This document shows, piece by piece, positions 10,164 through 19,629 of a DNA stretch of 64,000 nucleotides (position 1 is the stretch's first letter; each line of letters opens with the position of its first letter). The notes under the pieces are model-generated. The model made no database searches, was not told the origin of the DNA, and saw only the letters and a list, made by a program, of their open reading frames with translations. The DNA comes from Fibrobacter succinogenes (lineage in GTDB: Bacteria > Fibrobacterota > Fibrobacteria > Fibrobacterales > Fibrobacteraceae), in assembly GCA_902791475.1 (NCBI GenBank), contig CADAWC010000030.1:205-64204 (forward strand), given 5' to 3'. The translations under genes and the position numbers were made by a program.

Positions 10164-12077
10164 ATGTACAAGTCCCTCGAACAGGCCCTGCTGGATTTGG
10201 AAAAAGCGGGAATGCTCCAACGTATTCACGCCGAAGTCAATCCACACTTGGAAATGGCCGAAATCGCGAGGGAAAATTTTAGGCAAGGTGGCCCAGCACT
10301 TCTTTTTGAACATGTCAAAGGGAGCAGGTTTCGCGCCGCCTGTAACATTTTCGGAAGCGACGAACGATTCAATTTTCTGTTCCGAGATGGCTTTGAGCAG
10401 ACAAAAATCGCCGTTCAATTCAAATCAAATCCGGTCAAGTTTTTCAAAAACGCCTTAAAACGCCCAACGCCTTCGGAACTGCTGCGATTGTTCAAGGCGG
10501 CTGGTGCAGGTATCAAATCGCTCCCTAGACGTTCCGGCAGCATCAAGGACTTCGAAGAATGCCACCTTAGCGACTTGCCTCAGCTGGTCAGCTGGCCGCT
10601 AGACGGCGGAGCGTTTATCACGCTCCCGCAAGTCGCCACACGCCCGAGCGAAAATGCAAGCGTCATGCAGACGAACGTAGGCATGTACCGCATCCAGATT
10701 TCAGGCAATGAGTACGTCCCGAACGAAGAAAGCGGATTGCATTACCAAATCAAACGAGACATTGCAAGGCACCACCAAAAGGCTCTCGAAGAAGGTCGCC
10801 CGCTCAAGGTGAGCATTTTCATTGGCGGACCTCCATCGCACACATTTGCAGCCGTGATGCCCATGCCCGAGAACCTCTCGGAACTGCTTTTCGCAGGCAT
10901 GCTCGGCAACCGCCGCTTCCGTTACTTTGAACATGACGGTTACCTTGTCTCTAGCGATGCCGACTTTTGTATTTTAGGAGAACTCGAACCCGGTTTAAAA
11001 CCCGAAGGTCCATTTGGCGACCACATCGGCTATTATTCCGGCAAACACGATTTTCCTTGTATGAGAGTCCAAAAAGTGCTTTGCAAAAAGAACGCCATTT
11101 TTCCGTTCACGGTCGTCGGTCGCCCGCCCCAAGAAGATACACTCTTTGGCAAGTTCATTCACGAAATCACAAAGCCGATGGTCCCCGCTTCGCTCCCGGG
11201 CGTTTACGGGATTCACGCGGTCGATGATGCTGGCGTACACCCGCTTTGCCTAGCGCTCGGTTCTGAAGCGTTCCAGCCATACGTGAGCCCCGAAGAACGC
11301 GAGCCCATGGAACTTTTAAAGACGGCGAACGCGCTGCTCGGATTCAACCAAGCGAGCCTCACCAAGTATTTGCTGATTGCCGCAAAAGAGGACGACGCGG
11401 GAATCTCTGCAGACACGAAAGCCGTCGCAAATAAAACCGCCGCGAGCCTCGATGTAAACAACATTCCAGCGTTCTTCGGACACGTTCTTGAACGCGTCCA
11501 TTTCGACCGCGATTTACATTTCCAGACGGCGACGACCATCGACACGCTTGATTACACCGGCACAAGCCTCAACCACGGTTCCAAAGTCGTGATTGCAGCC
11601 GCGGGCGCAAAGATTCGCGAACTCCGCAACAATCCGAGCGATCTTGAAACGCTTACGCTCCCGCAAGGATTCAAGAACGCAACCATCGTGATGCCCGGCG
11701 TGTTCATGATCGATGGCCCGGCGATTCTTGAGAACAACGAGAAGTCCGCGACTCTCGAACAACTCAAAAACACCCTCGCCCATTGGGAATTCCGCGAGAA
11801 CTATCCCTGGATTTCCATCATCGACGAAGACGCCCGTAACGCATGCAATGGTGCAAACAACATTTTGAGCGATTTTCTCTGGCTCACGTTCACGCGCTCC
11901 GACCCCGCTCAAGACATTTACGGTCTCGACGAAGTTGTCGAAAACAAACATTGGAAATGCAAGGCGCCACTGATTATCGACGCCCGCATCAAGCCGCACC
12001 ATCAAAAGCAGCTGACAGTTCCCGCCGAAATTACCGATAAGGCAAAGAAAATTCTCAAGGACGCAGGAGTTCTATAA
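10164..12077 (+). CDS. UbiD-family (prFMN-dependent) decarboxylase, probably menaquinone/futalosine-pathway type
   Basis: GGPALLFE, DGGAFITLP, NVGMYRIQ, EGPFGDHIGYYS, GRPPQED, LIIDARIKP. Confidence 0.9.
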   Translation: MYKSLEQALLDLEKAGMLQRIHAEVNPHLEMAEIARENFRQGGPALLFEHVKGSRFRAACNIFGSDERFNFLFRDGFEQTKIAVQFKSNPVKFFKNALKRPTPSELLRLFKAAGAGIKSLPRRSGSIKDFEECHLSDLPQLVSWPLDGGAFITLPQVATRPSENASVMQTNVGMYRIQISGNEYVPNEESGLHYQIKRDIARHHQKALEEGRPLKVSIFIGGPPSHTFAAVMPMPENLSELLFAGMLGNRRFRYFEHDGYLVSSDADFCILGELEPGLKPEGPFGDHIGYYSGKHDFPCMRVQKVLCKKNAIFPFTVVGRPPQEDTLFGKFIHEITKPMVPASLPGVYGIHAVDDAGVHPLCLALGSEAFQPYVSPEEREPMELLKTANALLGFNQASLTKYLLIAAKEDDAGISADTKAVANKTAASLDVNNIPAFFGHVLERVHFDRDLHFQTATTIDTLDYTGTSLNHGSKVVIAAAGAKIRELRNNPSDLETLTLPQGFKNATIVMPGVFMIDGPAILENNEKSATLEQLKNTLAHWEFRENYPWISIIDEDARNACNGANNILSDFLWLTFTRSDPAQDIYGLDEVVENKHWKCKAPLIIDARIKPHHQKQLTVPAEITDKAKKILKDAGVL

Positions 12078-12080
12078 GCA

Positions 12081-13745
12081 ATGCGTTTAAATTCATTTTC
12101 CAACATCTTACAGGCGCCTCTTTTTTCTTTTGTCATCGCATTAATTTGTGCGTCAAGTTTTACACATGCTTACGAGAATGGATGCGGAACCGCAAAAGTT
12201 ATCCAGAACCTTATAAATTATCAAAAGAACCCGTATTACGCCTCCACTCTTGTTAACGAAGATAAATGCGGAATTGAGAAATATTACGATACCGTTTACA
12301 CGATTGAAACGCCACATTTCCAAGTGATGTACGTTTTGACGGGTCCCCACGCCACCACCAAAGCATTTGCCGACACTACAGCAGCGAGCATGGAAAAAGC
12401 ATGGGATTTTTATATCAACAAACAAAACATGCGTAAGCCTAAAGGTCCAAGCAAAAGCCATCATTTTCAGCAAGACGTTAAAGAAGGCTTATACCCCGTT
12501 GAAATCGTTGATGTCGACCAAATTCGAGACGGACAAATTTTCTTTGGAGGTTCAATCGCATGCGGAGCCTGCTTCGCCGTAACAGTTCCCATGAACAACG
12601 CTACATCATCACAAATATTCATGGATAACGATTTCTATTACGGAGCCTCATACAATAGCCAAAAAGAAACGATTATCAACGATGGCGACACTTGCTATTA
12701 TTCTAAAGCAAACATTCCTCTCTATAATAACACCTATAGTTTTTATTATACGGACGAATGGGCAAAAGGCCTCCACCTTACATCTTTCCACGAATTTTAT
12801 CATGCAGTGCAACTAAGTTATCTGAACATGTACTCCAATCAAACATTCTGGTTTGAAGCTTCTGCTACAGGGTACGAAGAAGTTACCAATCCCGATGTAG
12901 ACGATTATTTCAGATATATGCCCTCGTTTTTCAGTAAGATGGGCGAACCTCTCTCCGCCACCTTCCAAAATTACGGAGCATCGACTTTATTCCTTTATCT
13001 CTATAACAAAGTTTCAAAGAGCCTCGACAAATCCATTTGGGAAAACTTTGCCAAGAATCCTTCAAAAGATTTCGAAGCCCAGCTAGAAGCTTCGTTAAAA
13101 GAGAACAAACTAGATGCGGATAGCATATTCCACGACTATTCAGTCCATCTTTCTCTTTCTGGGCAAAGAAGCAAATCCATTTCCAAAAAAGAATGGATCA
13201 ACGAAGATCAATCCAACTGGACTCCAGCAATATTCCGCAATTACGACACAATAAAGCCAGAACTAGAAAGCCTTGCATTTGAATTTTACCACAATCAGCA
13301 AAGCAACCAAAATAGCGATTTAACCAACTTTATCGGCAAAGCATCAGTCATTACATTTTACGATGGCAAAGCGACAATCCATAAAATCAGCAGTAACAAA
13401 ACGCTAGACAGCCTTTCATCGACATTATCGCAAAGCGATTCTACGTTGTGGATTTTCAGCCGTTTCGGGAAATCAGAAAGCATTCCCATTACAAACAACA
13501 CAGCAGCACCACATGCATTCCCTGTTCCATGGCGCGAAGGTTCGCTCTGCTTTGCACCACTCCCCCGCGACAAAAAATTCATTGAAATCCGCAACAGGCG
13601 CGGTGATTTAGTCTCGCAAGAAAAATACGACGGAACCTCATTCTGTCTGCAAGAAGACCAAGTCAAATCGATGATGGCTCCGGGTATTTACCGCTTCCGC
13701 GTTGGGAATAAAGGCAAAACCACCAGCTTTATGGTGATGTATTAG
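12081..13745 (+). CDS. Secreted HExxH zinc metalloprotease-like protein with a C-terminal sorting-like domain
   Basis: Signal peptide, FHEFYHAVQ followed by WFEASATGYEE, C-terminal IEIRNRRG...APGIYRFRV beta-domain. Confidence 0.65.
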   Translation: MRLNSFSNILQAPLFSFVIALICASSFTHAYENGCGTAKVIQNLINYQKNPYYASTLVNEDKCGIEKYYDTVYTIETPHFQVMYVLTGPHATTKAFADTTAASMEKAWDFYINKQNMRKPKGPSKSHHFQQDVKEGLYPVEIVDVDQIRDGQIFFGGSIACGACFAVTVPMNNATSSQIFMDNDFYYGASYNSQKETIINDGDTCYYSKANIPLYNNTYSFYYTDEWAKGLHLTSFHEFYHAVQLSYLNMYSNQTFWFEASATGYEEVTNPDVDDYFRYMPSFFSKMGEPLSATFQNYGASTLFLYLYNKVSKSLDKSIWENFAKNPSKDFEAQLEASLKENKLDADSIFHDYSVHLSLSGQRSKSISKKEWINEDQSNWTPAIFRNYDTIKPELESLAFEFYHNQQSNQNSDLTNFIGKASVITFYDGKATIHKISSNKTLDSLSSTLSQSDSTLWIFSRFGKSESIPITNNTAAPHAFPVPWREGSLCFAPLPRDKKFIEIRNRRGDLVSQEKYDGTSFCLQEDQVKSMMAPGIYRFRVGNKGKTTSFMVMY

Positions 13746-13853
13746 TAGGAAGTAGACAGTAGACGGTAGGAAGGAGTAATCCTCGAAGCCGTCATCTAGA
13801 AGCAGTCATCCTCAAGCTCGTCATCCTGAGGAGCAAAGCGACGAAGGACCTAG
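13744..13853. repeat. Heptamer-period array followed by tandem GTCAT-type REP units
   Basis: GTAGGAA GTAGACA GTAGACG GTAGGAA, then GTAATCCTCGAAGC / GTCATCTAGAAGC / GTCATCCTCAAGC / GTCATCCTGAGGAGCAAAGCGACGAAGGACCTAG. Confidence 0.75.
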
Positions 13854-13886
13854 TTATTTCTCGTTATTAAGCAAACGTTAGAATTA

Positions 13887-15509
13887 CTACAAACATTCCC
13901 CGATCCACGGGAACAAATTATTCTTTTGTTCTAGCTTTTTGAGCAATTTCGTGTCGGGATTAGCCTTCACCGCTTCTTTATAAAGTGCACAGACATTTTC
14001 ATAATGTCCATTCAAACGGTTGCGTGCGTAATCCGCCGCCGAATTGTTATGAATCATGAACGCCCAGTCCGAAGCCTGGAACAACACGAGTTCGCGCGCC
14101 ATCTGTGCCAAGAAACGCTTCACCATCGTAGCCTTTGAGCTGCGCGTATTCCCAACAGCACTTCCAGAAGCCTTCCCTGCTACTTTAGAAATGCGCGACT
14201 TCAAATCGTCCATCATCTTACGCATTCTAAAGAACATCGGGTACTGGAAAGCGACTTCATCGTTCATCCAGACTTCACCAAAGCCGCCCTCGCCCCACGA
14301 CGAGAAAATAGGCTTGTGAATGTCTTTATCCGCAGGCTCGCGAATCGAATCTTCAAGAGAAGCCATCTCGACCACGCTCGAGCTTGCCGCGCGTTCAAAC
14401 ATTTTCTCGATGAACAGCGGACCTTCGAACCACCAGTGTCCAAAAAGTTCCGCATCGTACGGGCAAAGAATCGAGACCTTATTGCCATCCATGTTCGGAA
14501 GCAAGCTCGACACAGTCGCTTCGCGATTGGCGACAAAAAGTCGCGCGTGGTCTTCAACCAAGCGGAGCGCATTCCACGGACGATAAATTTTCTTGTCTTC
14601 ACTTCCCGTGATGCGGTAATACTTGAGGCCCGTTTCGATATGTGCGCCCGCCGCCAAGAAGTAATCGCCTAGATACTCGCTCTCGCGTTCGTGAGCAATG
14701 TCCTTAAAGAACTCGCGGTATTCTGGATGCCCCGGATAGCCCGTTTTGCGGCTCCAGACTTCCATGGAACTGCTCTGTTCACGGCCCATGCAATAAAGCC
14801 CTGCCGGAGTCTTGATAGGCGAGAACACGCCATACTTCGGTGCAGGCTTTGCCAAAAGCACGCCATGCGTTTCCAGGAAGAAATACTTGAATCCGTATTC
14901 CGCAAGAATCGCATCCAAGCCTTCAAAATAACCACACTCCGGGAGCCACAGCCCACGAGGCTTTTTGCCAAAAGCGTCCTCAAAAGCACGAACGGTAATC
15001 TTCAGCTGCAAGCGTATCGCTTCGACATCGTTCTGGTACGCTGGCAAAAACGGGTGCGTCCCCACGCATGTGAGCAAGTTGATTTTTCCAATCTGCTCCA
15101 AGCGCTTTAACGCAGGTACAATTTCACAACCGCAATCGCGCTCCCACGTGTTGATGAGCGCAAGCTGCCTGCGGTAATAAAAATCCACCACTTCCATAAG
15201 CTCGGAATTGCCCTGGAAGCGGACTTTTTCGCGTTCAATCAGTTCAAGCTGTTTGTGCAAATGCGCCGAAAAACGGGTAAGCAAAAGCTTATCCGTAAGC
15301 ATTGCCAAAAGCGCCGATGAAACGCTAAAATTTAGAGTGCCCGGCACGCCCTTTTCTTCCAGACGGTTGAGCATCTGGATGATGGGCAAATACGTCTCCG
15401 CCATAGCCTCAAAAAACCAGTTCTCTTCCAAGAACCGGTCAAAAGAGGGTTCACGCACAAAAGGTAAATGTGCGTGAAGCAAAAGATGTACACGACCAGG
15501 CTTCGCCAT
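13887..15509 (-). CDS. GH57 1,4-alpha-glucan branching enzyme (DUF1957-containing)
   Basis: HAHLP, WFFEAMAETYLP, GLWLPECG (nucleophile Glu), PYDAELFGHWWFEG (acid/base Asp), LFQASDWAF. Confidence 0.93.
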   Translation of the reverse strand: MAKPGRVHLLLHAHLPFVREPSFDRFLEENWFFEAMAETYLPIIQMLNRLEEKGVPGTLNFSVSSALLAMLTDKLLLTRFSAHLHKQLELIEREKVRFQGNSELMEVVDFYYRRQLALINTWERDCGCEIVPALKRLEQIGKINLLTCVGTHPFLPAYQNDVEAIRLQLKITVRAFEDAFGKKPRGLWLPECGYFEGLDAILAEYGFKYFFLETHGVLLAKPAPKYGVFSPIKTPAGLYCMGREQSSSMEVWSRKTGYPGHPEYREFFKDIAHERESEYLGDYFLAAGAHIETGLKYYRITGSEDKKIYRPWNALRLVEDHARLFVANREATVSSLLPNMDGNKVSILCPYDAELFGHWWFEGPLFIEKMFERAASSSVVEMASLEDSIREPADKDIHKPIFSSWGEGGFGEVWMNDEVAFQYPMFFRMRKMMDDLKSRISKVAGKASGSAVGNTRSSKATMVKRFLAQMARELVLFQASDWAFMIHNNSAADYARNRLNGHYENVCALYKEAVKANPDTKLLKKLEQKNNLFPWIGECL

Positions 15510-16711
15510 TATTCCGTGCGCTTCACCACGATCGGGACGATTGTCGTCGGGAAATCGCCATCCTTATCGGTCGCAAAGACTGGGATAATCTTCGTCACGT
15601 CCGGGAGGTCTTCTTCAAAGCTGAAGGTGCCATCCGAGTTGAGCGGGAACGGTTCGCCACGCACCTGCAAGTGCGCATCCGGACGCGTGCCACCGTAGAC
15701 GATCAAGCGGGTTTTCACCCACAAGAAGAAGTCCTTGCCGTAGTTCACGGAATCCTTCGGGAGTTCAAGCTTGTTGCTCTTGAGAGCGGCACTAGAAAGT
15801 GCGCCAGAGAACATGGAGCCCGAAGAGCTCGAAAGCGATTCAAGCCAGTTCTTTGCAGACATCGAAGAAAGTCCCGAACTGCCAAAGCCACCGAGAGTTG
15901 CCCCGCCGAGGGAAGCGCGGACAAATACGTTGTCTGTATTCACTTCGGAACCTTCGAGCGTGAACGTTTGCATCGGGCCTGCTTCGACGAGCGGTTCAAA
16001 CTTGCCAGCGGCAACAACGCCAAGAGCTGCAGCGCAGTTCTGAGTAGCCTTGTTTTCCACATACCAGCTACGGGCGTCTGCCGGAACTTCGATATCGTGG
16101 AACTTGAGCTTCTTGTTGCGCTTCACGGTCAAGTCGTTCGAGATGTCGAACAAGCGAAGCACAAGCTTGCCCTTGCCCTTCTTGGCAGCCTTGATGCGTT
16201 CTTCGGAAACTTCCCAGAAGGCCTGCATCCAGTTCGGATCCTTCTGCATAAGCACGAGGTATTCGGCATCAAAGGATTGCGGCAGAGCTTCCGGAGCAGC
16301 AGATTTTGCAACCTTAGCCTTCGGAGTTTCTACAACTTCAACTTCGACCTTCTTGGCCTTCGTTGCAGCCTTCACGACCTTCTTAGCAGCGGCAACAGAC
16401 TTTTCCGTCTTTGCAGAAACCTTAGCGGTCTTTGTTGCAGTCTTTGCAGCCGGCTTTTCAGCCTTTTCGGCCTTAGCCTTTACGGTCTTCTTTGCCGGAG
16501 CGGCCTTAGCAGCAACCTTTTCTACTGTTGTGCTCGGCTTCTTGGCAACAACCTTCTTTTCGGCAGGAGCTTTCTTCGTAGCAGCCTGCGTCTTTTCAGT
16601 CTTTTCTGCTGTAGCCTTTTTGGCTACAGTCTTCTTTTCAGAAACCTTTGTAGAAGCCGTCTTCTTAGCGGCGGTCTTCTTTACTTCCTCTTCATTCTTC
16701 TTAGTAGCCAT
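15509..16711 (-). CDS. DUF4912-family protein with a Lys/Ala/Thr-rich histone-H1-like N-terminus
   Basis: RBS AGGAG before MATKK; LMQKDPNWMQAFWE and LIVYGGTRPDAHLQV..PLNSDGTFSF motifs; KKTAAKK-type repeats. Confidence 0.8.
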   Translation of the reverse strand: MATKKNEEEVKKTAAKKTASTKVSEKKTVAKKATAEKTEKTQAATKKAPAEKKVVAKKPSTTVEKVAAKAAPAKKTVKAKAEKAEKPAAKTATKTAKVSAKTEKSVAAAKKVVKAATKAKKVEVEVVETPKAKVAKSAAPEALPQSFDAEYLVLMQKDPNWMQAFWEVSEERIKAAKKGKGKLVLRLFDISNDLTVKRNKKLKFHDIEVPADARSWYVENKATQNCAAALGVVAAGKFEPLVEAGPMQTFTLEGSEVNTDNVFVRASLGGATLGGFGSSGLSSMSAKNWLESLSSSSGSMFSGALSSAALKSNKLELPKDSVNYGKDFFLWVKTRLIVYGGTRPDAHLQVRGEPFPLNSDGTFSFEEDLPDVTKIIPVFATDKDGDFPTTIVPIVVKRTE

Positions 16712-16733
16712 TTCGATCTCCTTCTGTTGAATC

Positions 16734-17978
16734 TTATTGACCACGGGTTTTACCCCAACTTCCGACACCGAGCAAACCTAGACGAATACCAATATAGGAT
16801 TCACTCCAGTTGCGGTCATCGTCCGTCAGGCGAACGCCCCCCTGAATGGCCAAATCCAGCATAGTTCCCTTTCTACCAAGAGGGAAACCAGCACCGATGG
16901 ATCCACCAATTTCAGAAACATCTTGAACATACCAGTTCTTGAACCAAGCACCGGCTCTATAGGTAATGCGTTTCCAGTACGAATCGTAGAAAATATCACT
17001 ACCATCGCGCTGGTAACCGACAGAAATATTAAAATCGTTCTGCGTCTTGGTCACCTTGGACAAATTCCAGCTACCTGCTGCATTTTCGATGTCCTTATCC
17101 CAGGCTCGCCATGCAATATCGGCCATCACATTGTGGCGCTTGTTAAAGCGGTAATTGACACCCGTTGCAAGCATTGCCGGCACTCGGATTTCACGAGTAT
17201 GCTTAGTCGGAACAAGCGTATCGATTTCACTGAATCTGAAATTATACTCCAAGTCATTCTTGAGCGTGTACGGAGTCGTGAACGAGAAGAAATACGAAGC
17301 CATGCGACCGCGGTATTGAGCAGCAAAGGTGTAGTAAGCCGGATGGTTCTTGATTTCCCAGTCGCCACTCACGTAATCCGAAATATCCGTATCGGTTGTT
17401 GCCCAGGCATCATTCTCTCCAATAGCACTGTTATCCGGGCCAAGCGTAAGTTCACGCGTAAAGCTACCCATCACAAAATGAGCCGAGGCGCCCAACGAAA
17501 TCGCACGGTAGAACGGGAGTCGAATAGCATAAGTCGGCACCAGTTCATAAATACTGCTCTGGTACTCAATTTTTGCTTTTTGGTTCTCTTCCTGATTTTC
17601 AAAATCTTCGCGCATCGAGCCCGCATAATGCTGCCACAGCGAAACACCGAATGTACCAAAATCGCCCATCGGGAACGAGAGGTTCATGGAAGGCATCGAG
17701 AGATTCGTCTTCGTATAATGGGATTTCGATCGATCTGCGGTCGAAACATCAAGCAAGAAGTTCAAGTTCAGCGCGACTTTAGAATCAAAAGCCTGACGAG
17801 CCGGGTTCACCACAGAAACACCTTCGGCATCACCCGTCTTTGCGTTACCCGCAAAACCACGACCAGCCATGGCGGCAGAGCCACCTGCGATCTGTTCCTG
17901 GCCCATAGCTTCAAGGCCAATCATCGACGCAAAGGAAAAACTCGAAACACAAAGTAAAGCACTAATAAACTTTTTCAT
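16734..17978 (-). CDS. Outer-membrane beta-barrel protein (FadL/TodX-like)
   Basis: Signal peptide, AAMAGRGFAG and VVNPA N-terminal motifs of the FadL/PorV-like clan, alternating amphipathic strands. Confidence 0.6.
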   Translation of the reverse strand: MKKFISALLCVSSFSFASMIGLEAMGQEQIAGGSAAMAGRGFAGNAKTGDAEGVSVVNPARQAFDSKVALNLNFLLDVSTADRSKSHYTKTNLSMPSMNLSFPMGDFGTFGVSLWQHYAGSMREDFENQEENQKAKIEYQSSIYELVPTYAIRLPFYRAISLGASAHFVMGSFTRELTLGPDNSAIGENDAWATTDTDISDYVSGDWEIKNHPAYYTFAAQYRGRMASYFFSFTTPYTLKNDLEYNFRFSEIDTLVPTKHTREIRVPAMLATGVNYRFNKRHNVMADIAWRAWDKDIENAAGSWNLSKVTKTQNDFNISVGYQRDGSDIFYDSYWKRITYRAGAWFKNWYVQDVSEIGGSIGAGFPLGRKGTMLDLAIQGGVRLTDDDRNWSESYIGIRLGLLGVGSWGKTRGQ

Positions 17979-19381
17979 TATTCCTCCCCGCGCTTGGAAG
18001 CGAGCCAAAGCTTAAGTCGAGCGGGTTTGTCCTTGATCGAAGAAAAATCATAGCGTGAGAAATCCGAATACGGGAAGGCAACATAAGTCGTATCCCCTTT
18101 AGAATTGATGTACCTATTCGCATAGGTAGTTTCATTTTCCAAAAGTATCGGAAGATCAAACATCATGGACATCTTGAACGAACGTCCATCGCTAGCTCTA
18201 TTAATGAAATCGCGCACGCCCGCTGTCACCTGCAGCGAAAGAGAATCACCTTCATGGAATACAAGGTTTTGATGTCCCTTCTTAACAACAAGGGAGTCAT
18301 TGAACTTGATATAGGATTCAGTGCTGCGCACTACCTTATCAGCGCTATCCGCATACGTGACCGAAACAACTCTAACAGGCAACCCAAGCTCATTTTCGCC
18401 CATGGAATCATCTCTGTAGAATGTCAATTCAGCCATGATGACCGCCTGGCGCACATCAACGCCATTGCCATCTTCGTAAGGGAATTTATCGCCATAAAAA
18501 TCAGACAAAGCCTTCATAATCGGCTTAGACGGAAACTCCACAACCAGTGAATCGTAAACACCACTGTGCAAAACAAGGCAGTCCGAACATTCTTCGCGAT
18601 TCGATGTCATGGTCGCCGCACGGTTAGCACGATAACCCTTGTACGAGTTATTCTTCATTTCCACCATGTACAAAAGGGGGCTCACCAAAAGGCCGCTACC
18701 CGGACCATAAAAACGATAAACATGCGAAGCTTCAGGAGCCGAAATTCTCAACTGCAAACGACGATTGCCAGAATTCTTGCGGACATCATCGACAAACGCA
18801 CTCGGCATGTCAAGAATCAAAAGCGAGTCCTTCTTGGTAATAGAAACAGAAAGCGTCGTATCGGCCTTCTTTTTCGTTTTCCAAGACTTGAGCTCATTCA
18901 TCCAGACTGTATCGACAACCGATTCCAAAGCATAGTAATCGGCAGTATTCAGCTTTTCCGAAACAATCCAGCTAACATTCAGTTTCAAATCTTCTTCGAT
19001 CGGCAAGACATTCGAGGGCAAATTCTTAAACTTATAAAAGCCATCGAAAAGGTAAAGCGACAAATAAGCTTTTGCGGAATCAGCCTCTTTCATGTCGGCC
19101 AAGAAAGCGCTATCAATTGCAAAATCAAAAACGGCATCATGCACCAAGCCCGAAGCAGCCCCTAAAAAGCCACGAGACGAAGCGGTATGAGGAAGCGTAT
19201 CCCTGTATAATTTTGCAGATTCAGGTTTAAGGCCATCGACTTCCACCATCTGGACTTTATAACTGCTAGGCATCCCCTGGTCAGAAAGCCAGCTAGACAA
19301 GCCATCGTCATCCGAATCGAACAAGCAGGATGACAAGAACATCGCTAAAAGCGGGAATAGGATAAATGTTTTCTTTTTCAC
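17978..19381 (-). CDS. Lipoprotein of unknown function (possibly DUF4270-like)
   Basis: GTG start, lipobox FLSSC; stop overlaps the next start (operon). Confidence 0.7.
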   Translation of the reverse strand: MKKKTFILFPLLAMFLSSCLFDSDDDGLSSWLSDQGMPSSYKVQMVEVDGLKPESAKLYRDTLPHTASSRGFLGAASGLVHDAVFDFAIDSAFLADMKEADSAKAYLSLYLFDGFYKFKNLPSNVLPIEEDLKLNVSWIVSEKLNTADYYALESVVDTVWMNELKSWKTKKKADTTLSVSITKKDSLLILDMPSAFVDDVRKNSGNRRLQLRISAPEASHVYRFYGPGSGLLVSPLLYMVEMKNNSYKGYRANRAATMTSNREECSDCLVLHSGVYDSLVVEFPSKPIMKALSDFYGDKFPYEDGNGVDVRQAVIMAELTFYRDDSMGENELGLPVRVVSVTYADSADKVVRSTESYIKFNDSLVVKKGHQNLVFHEGDSLSLQVTAGVRDFINRASDGRSFKMSMMFDLPILLENETTYANRYINSKGDTTYVAFPYSDFSRYDFSSIKDKPARLKLWLASKRGEE

Positions 19382-19448
19382 TCAGAACTCCGAGTATTGC
19401 TTGTAAATAAATTTCGCCCATAATATAGCAAAAACGCCGTTGGGAAAT

Positions 19449-19590
19449 TAGACGAAAGAACGGACCTTCGGTCCTACAGACGAAAGACGAGAGATAGACG
19501 GTAGGAAGTAGGCAGTGGTTAGTAAGCAGGAAAGTCAAAAGAATGTTCTAATTGCAATCCTAACCACCAACCACTAATCACTAACCACTA
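19449..19590. repeat. Heptamer-period repeat cluster with a UUCG hairpin
   Basis: AGACGAA/AGACGAG units around GGACC-TTCG-GTCC, then GTAGGAA GTAGGCA GTGGTTA GTAAGCA and CTAACCA CCAACCA CTAATCA CTAACCA. Confidence 0.75.
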
Positions 19591-19629
19591 AATTGCTATA
19601 TTTGCCTCGTAAAATTCAAGAGGATTATT

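Noticed and set aside
15470-16864. 464-aa plus-strand ORF
   Set aside because: Antisense shadow of the low-complexity DUF4912 gene; no motif, RBS or plausible composition
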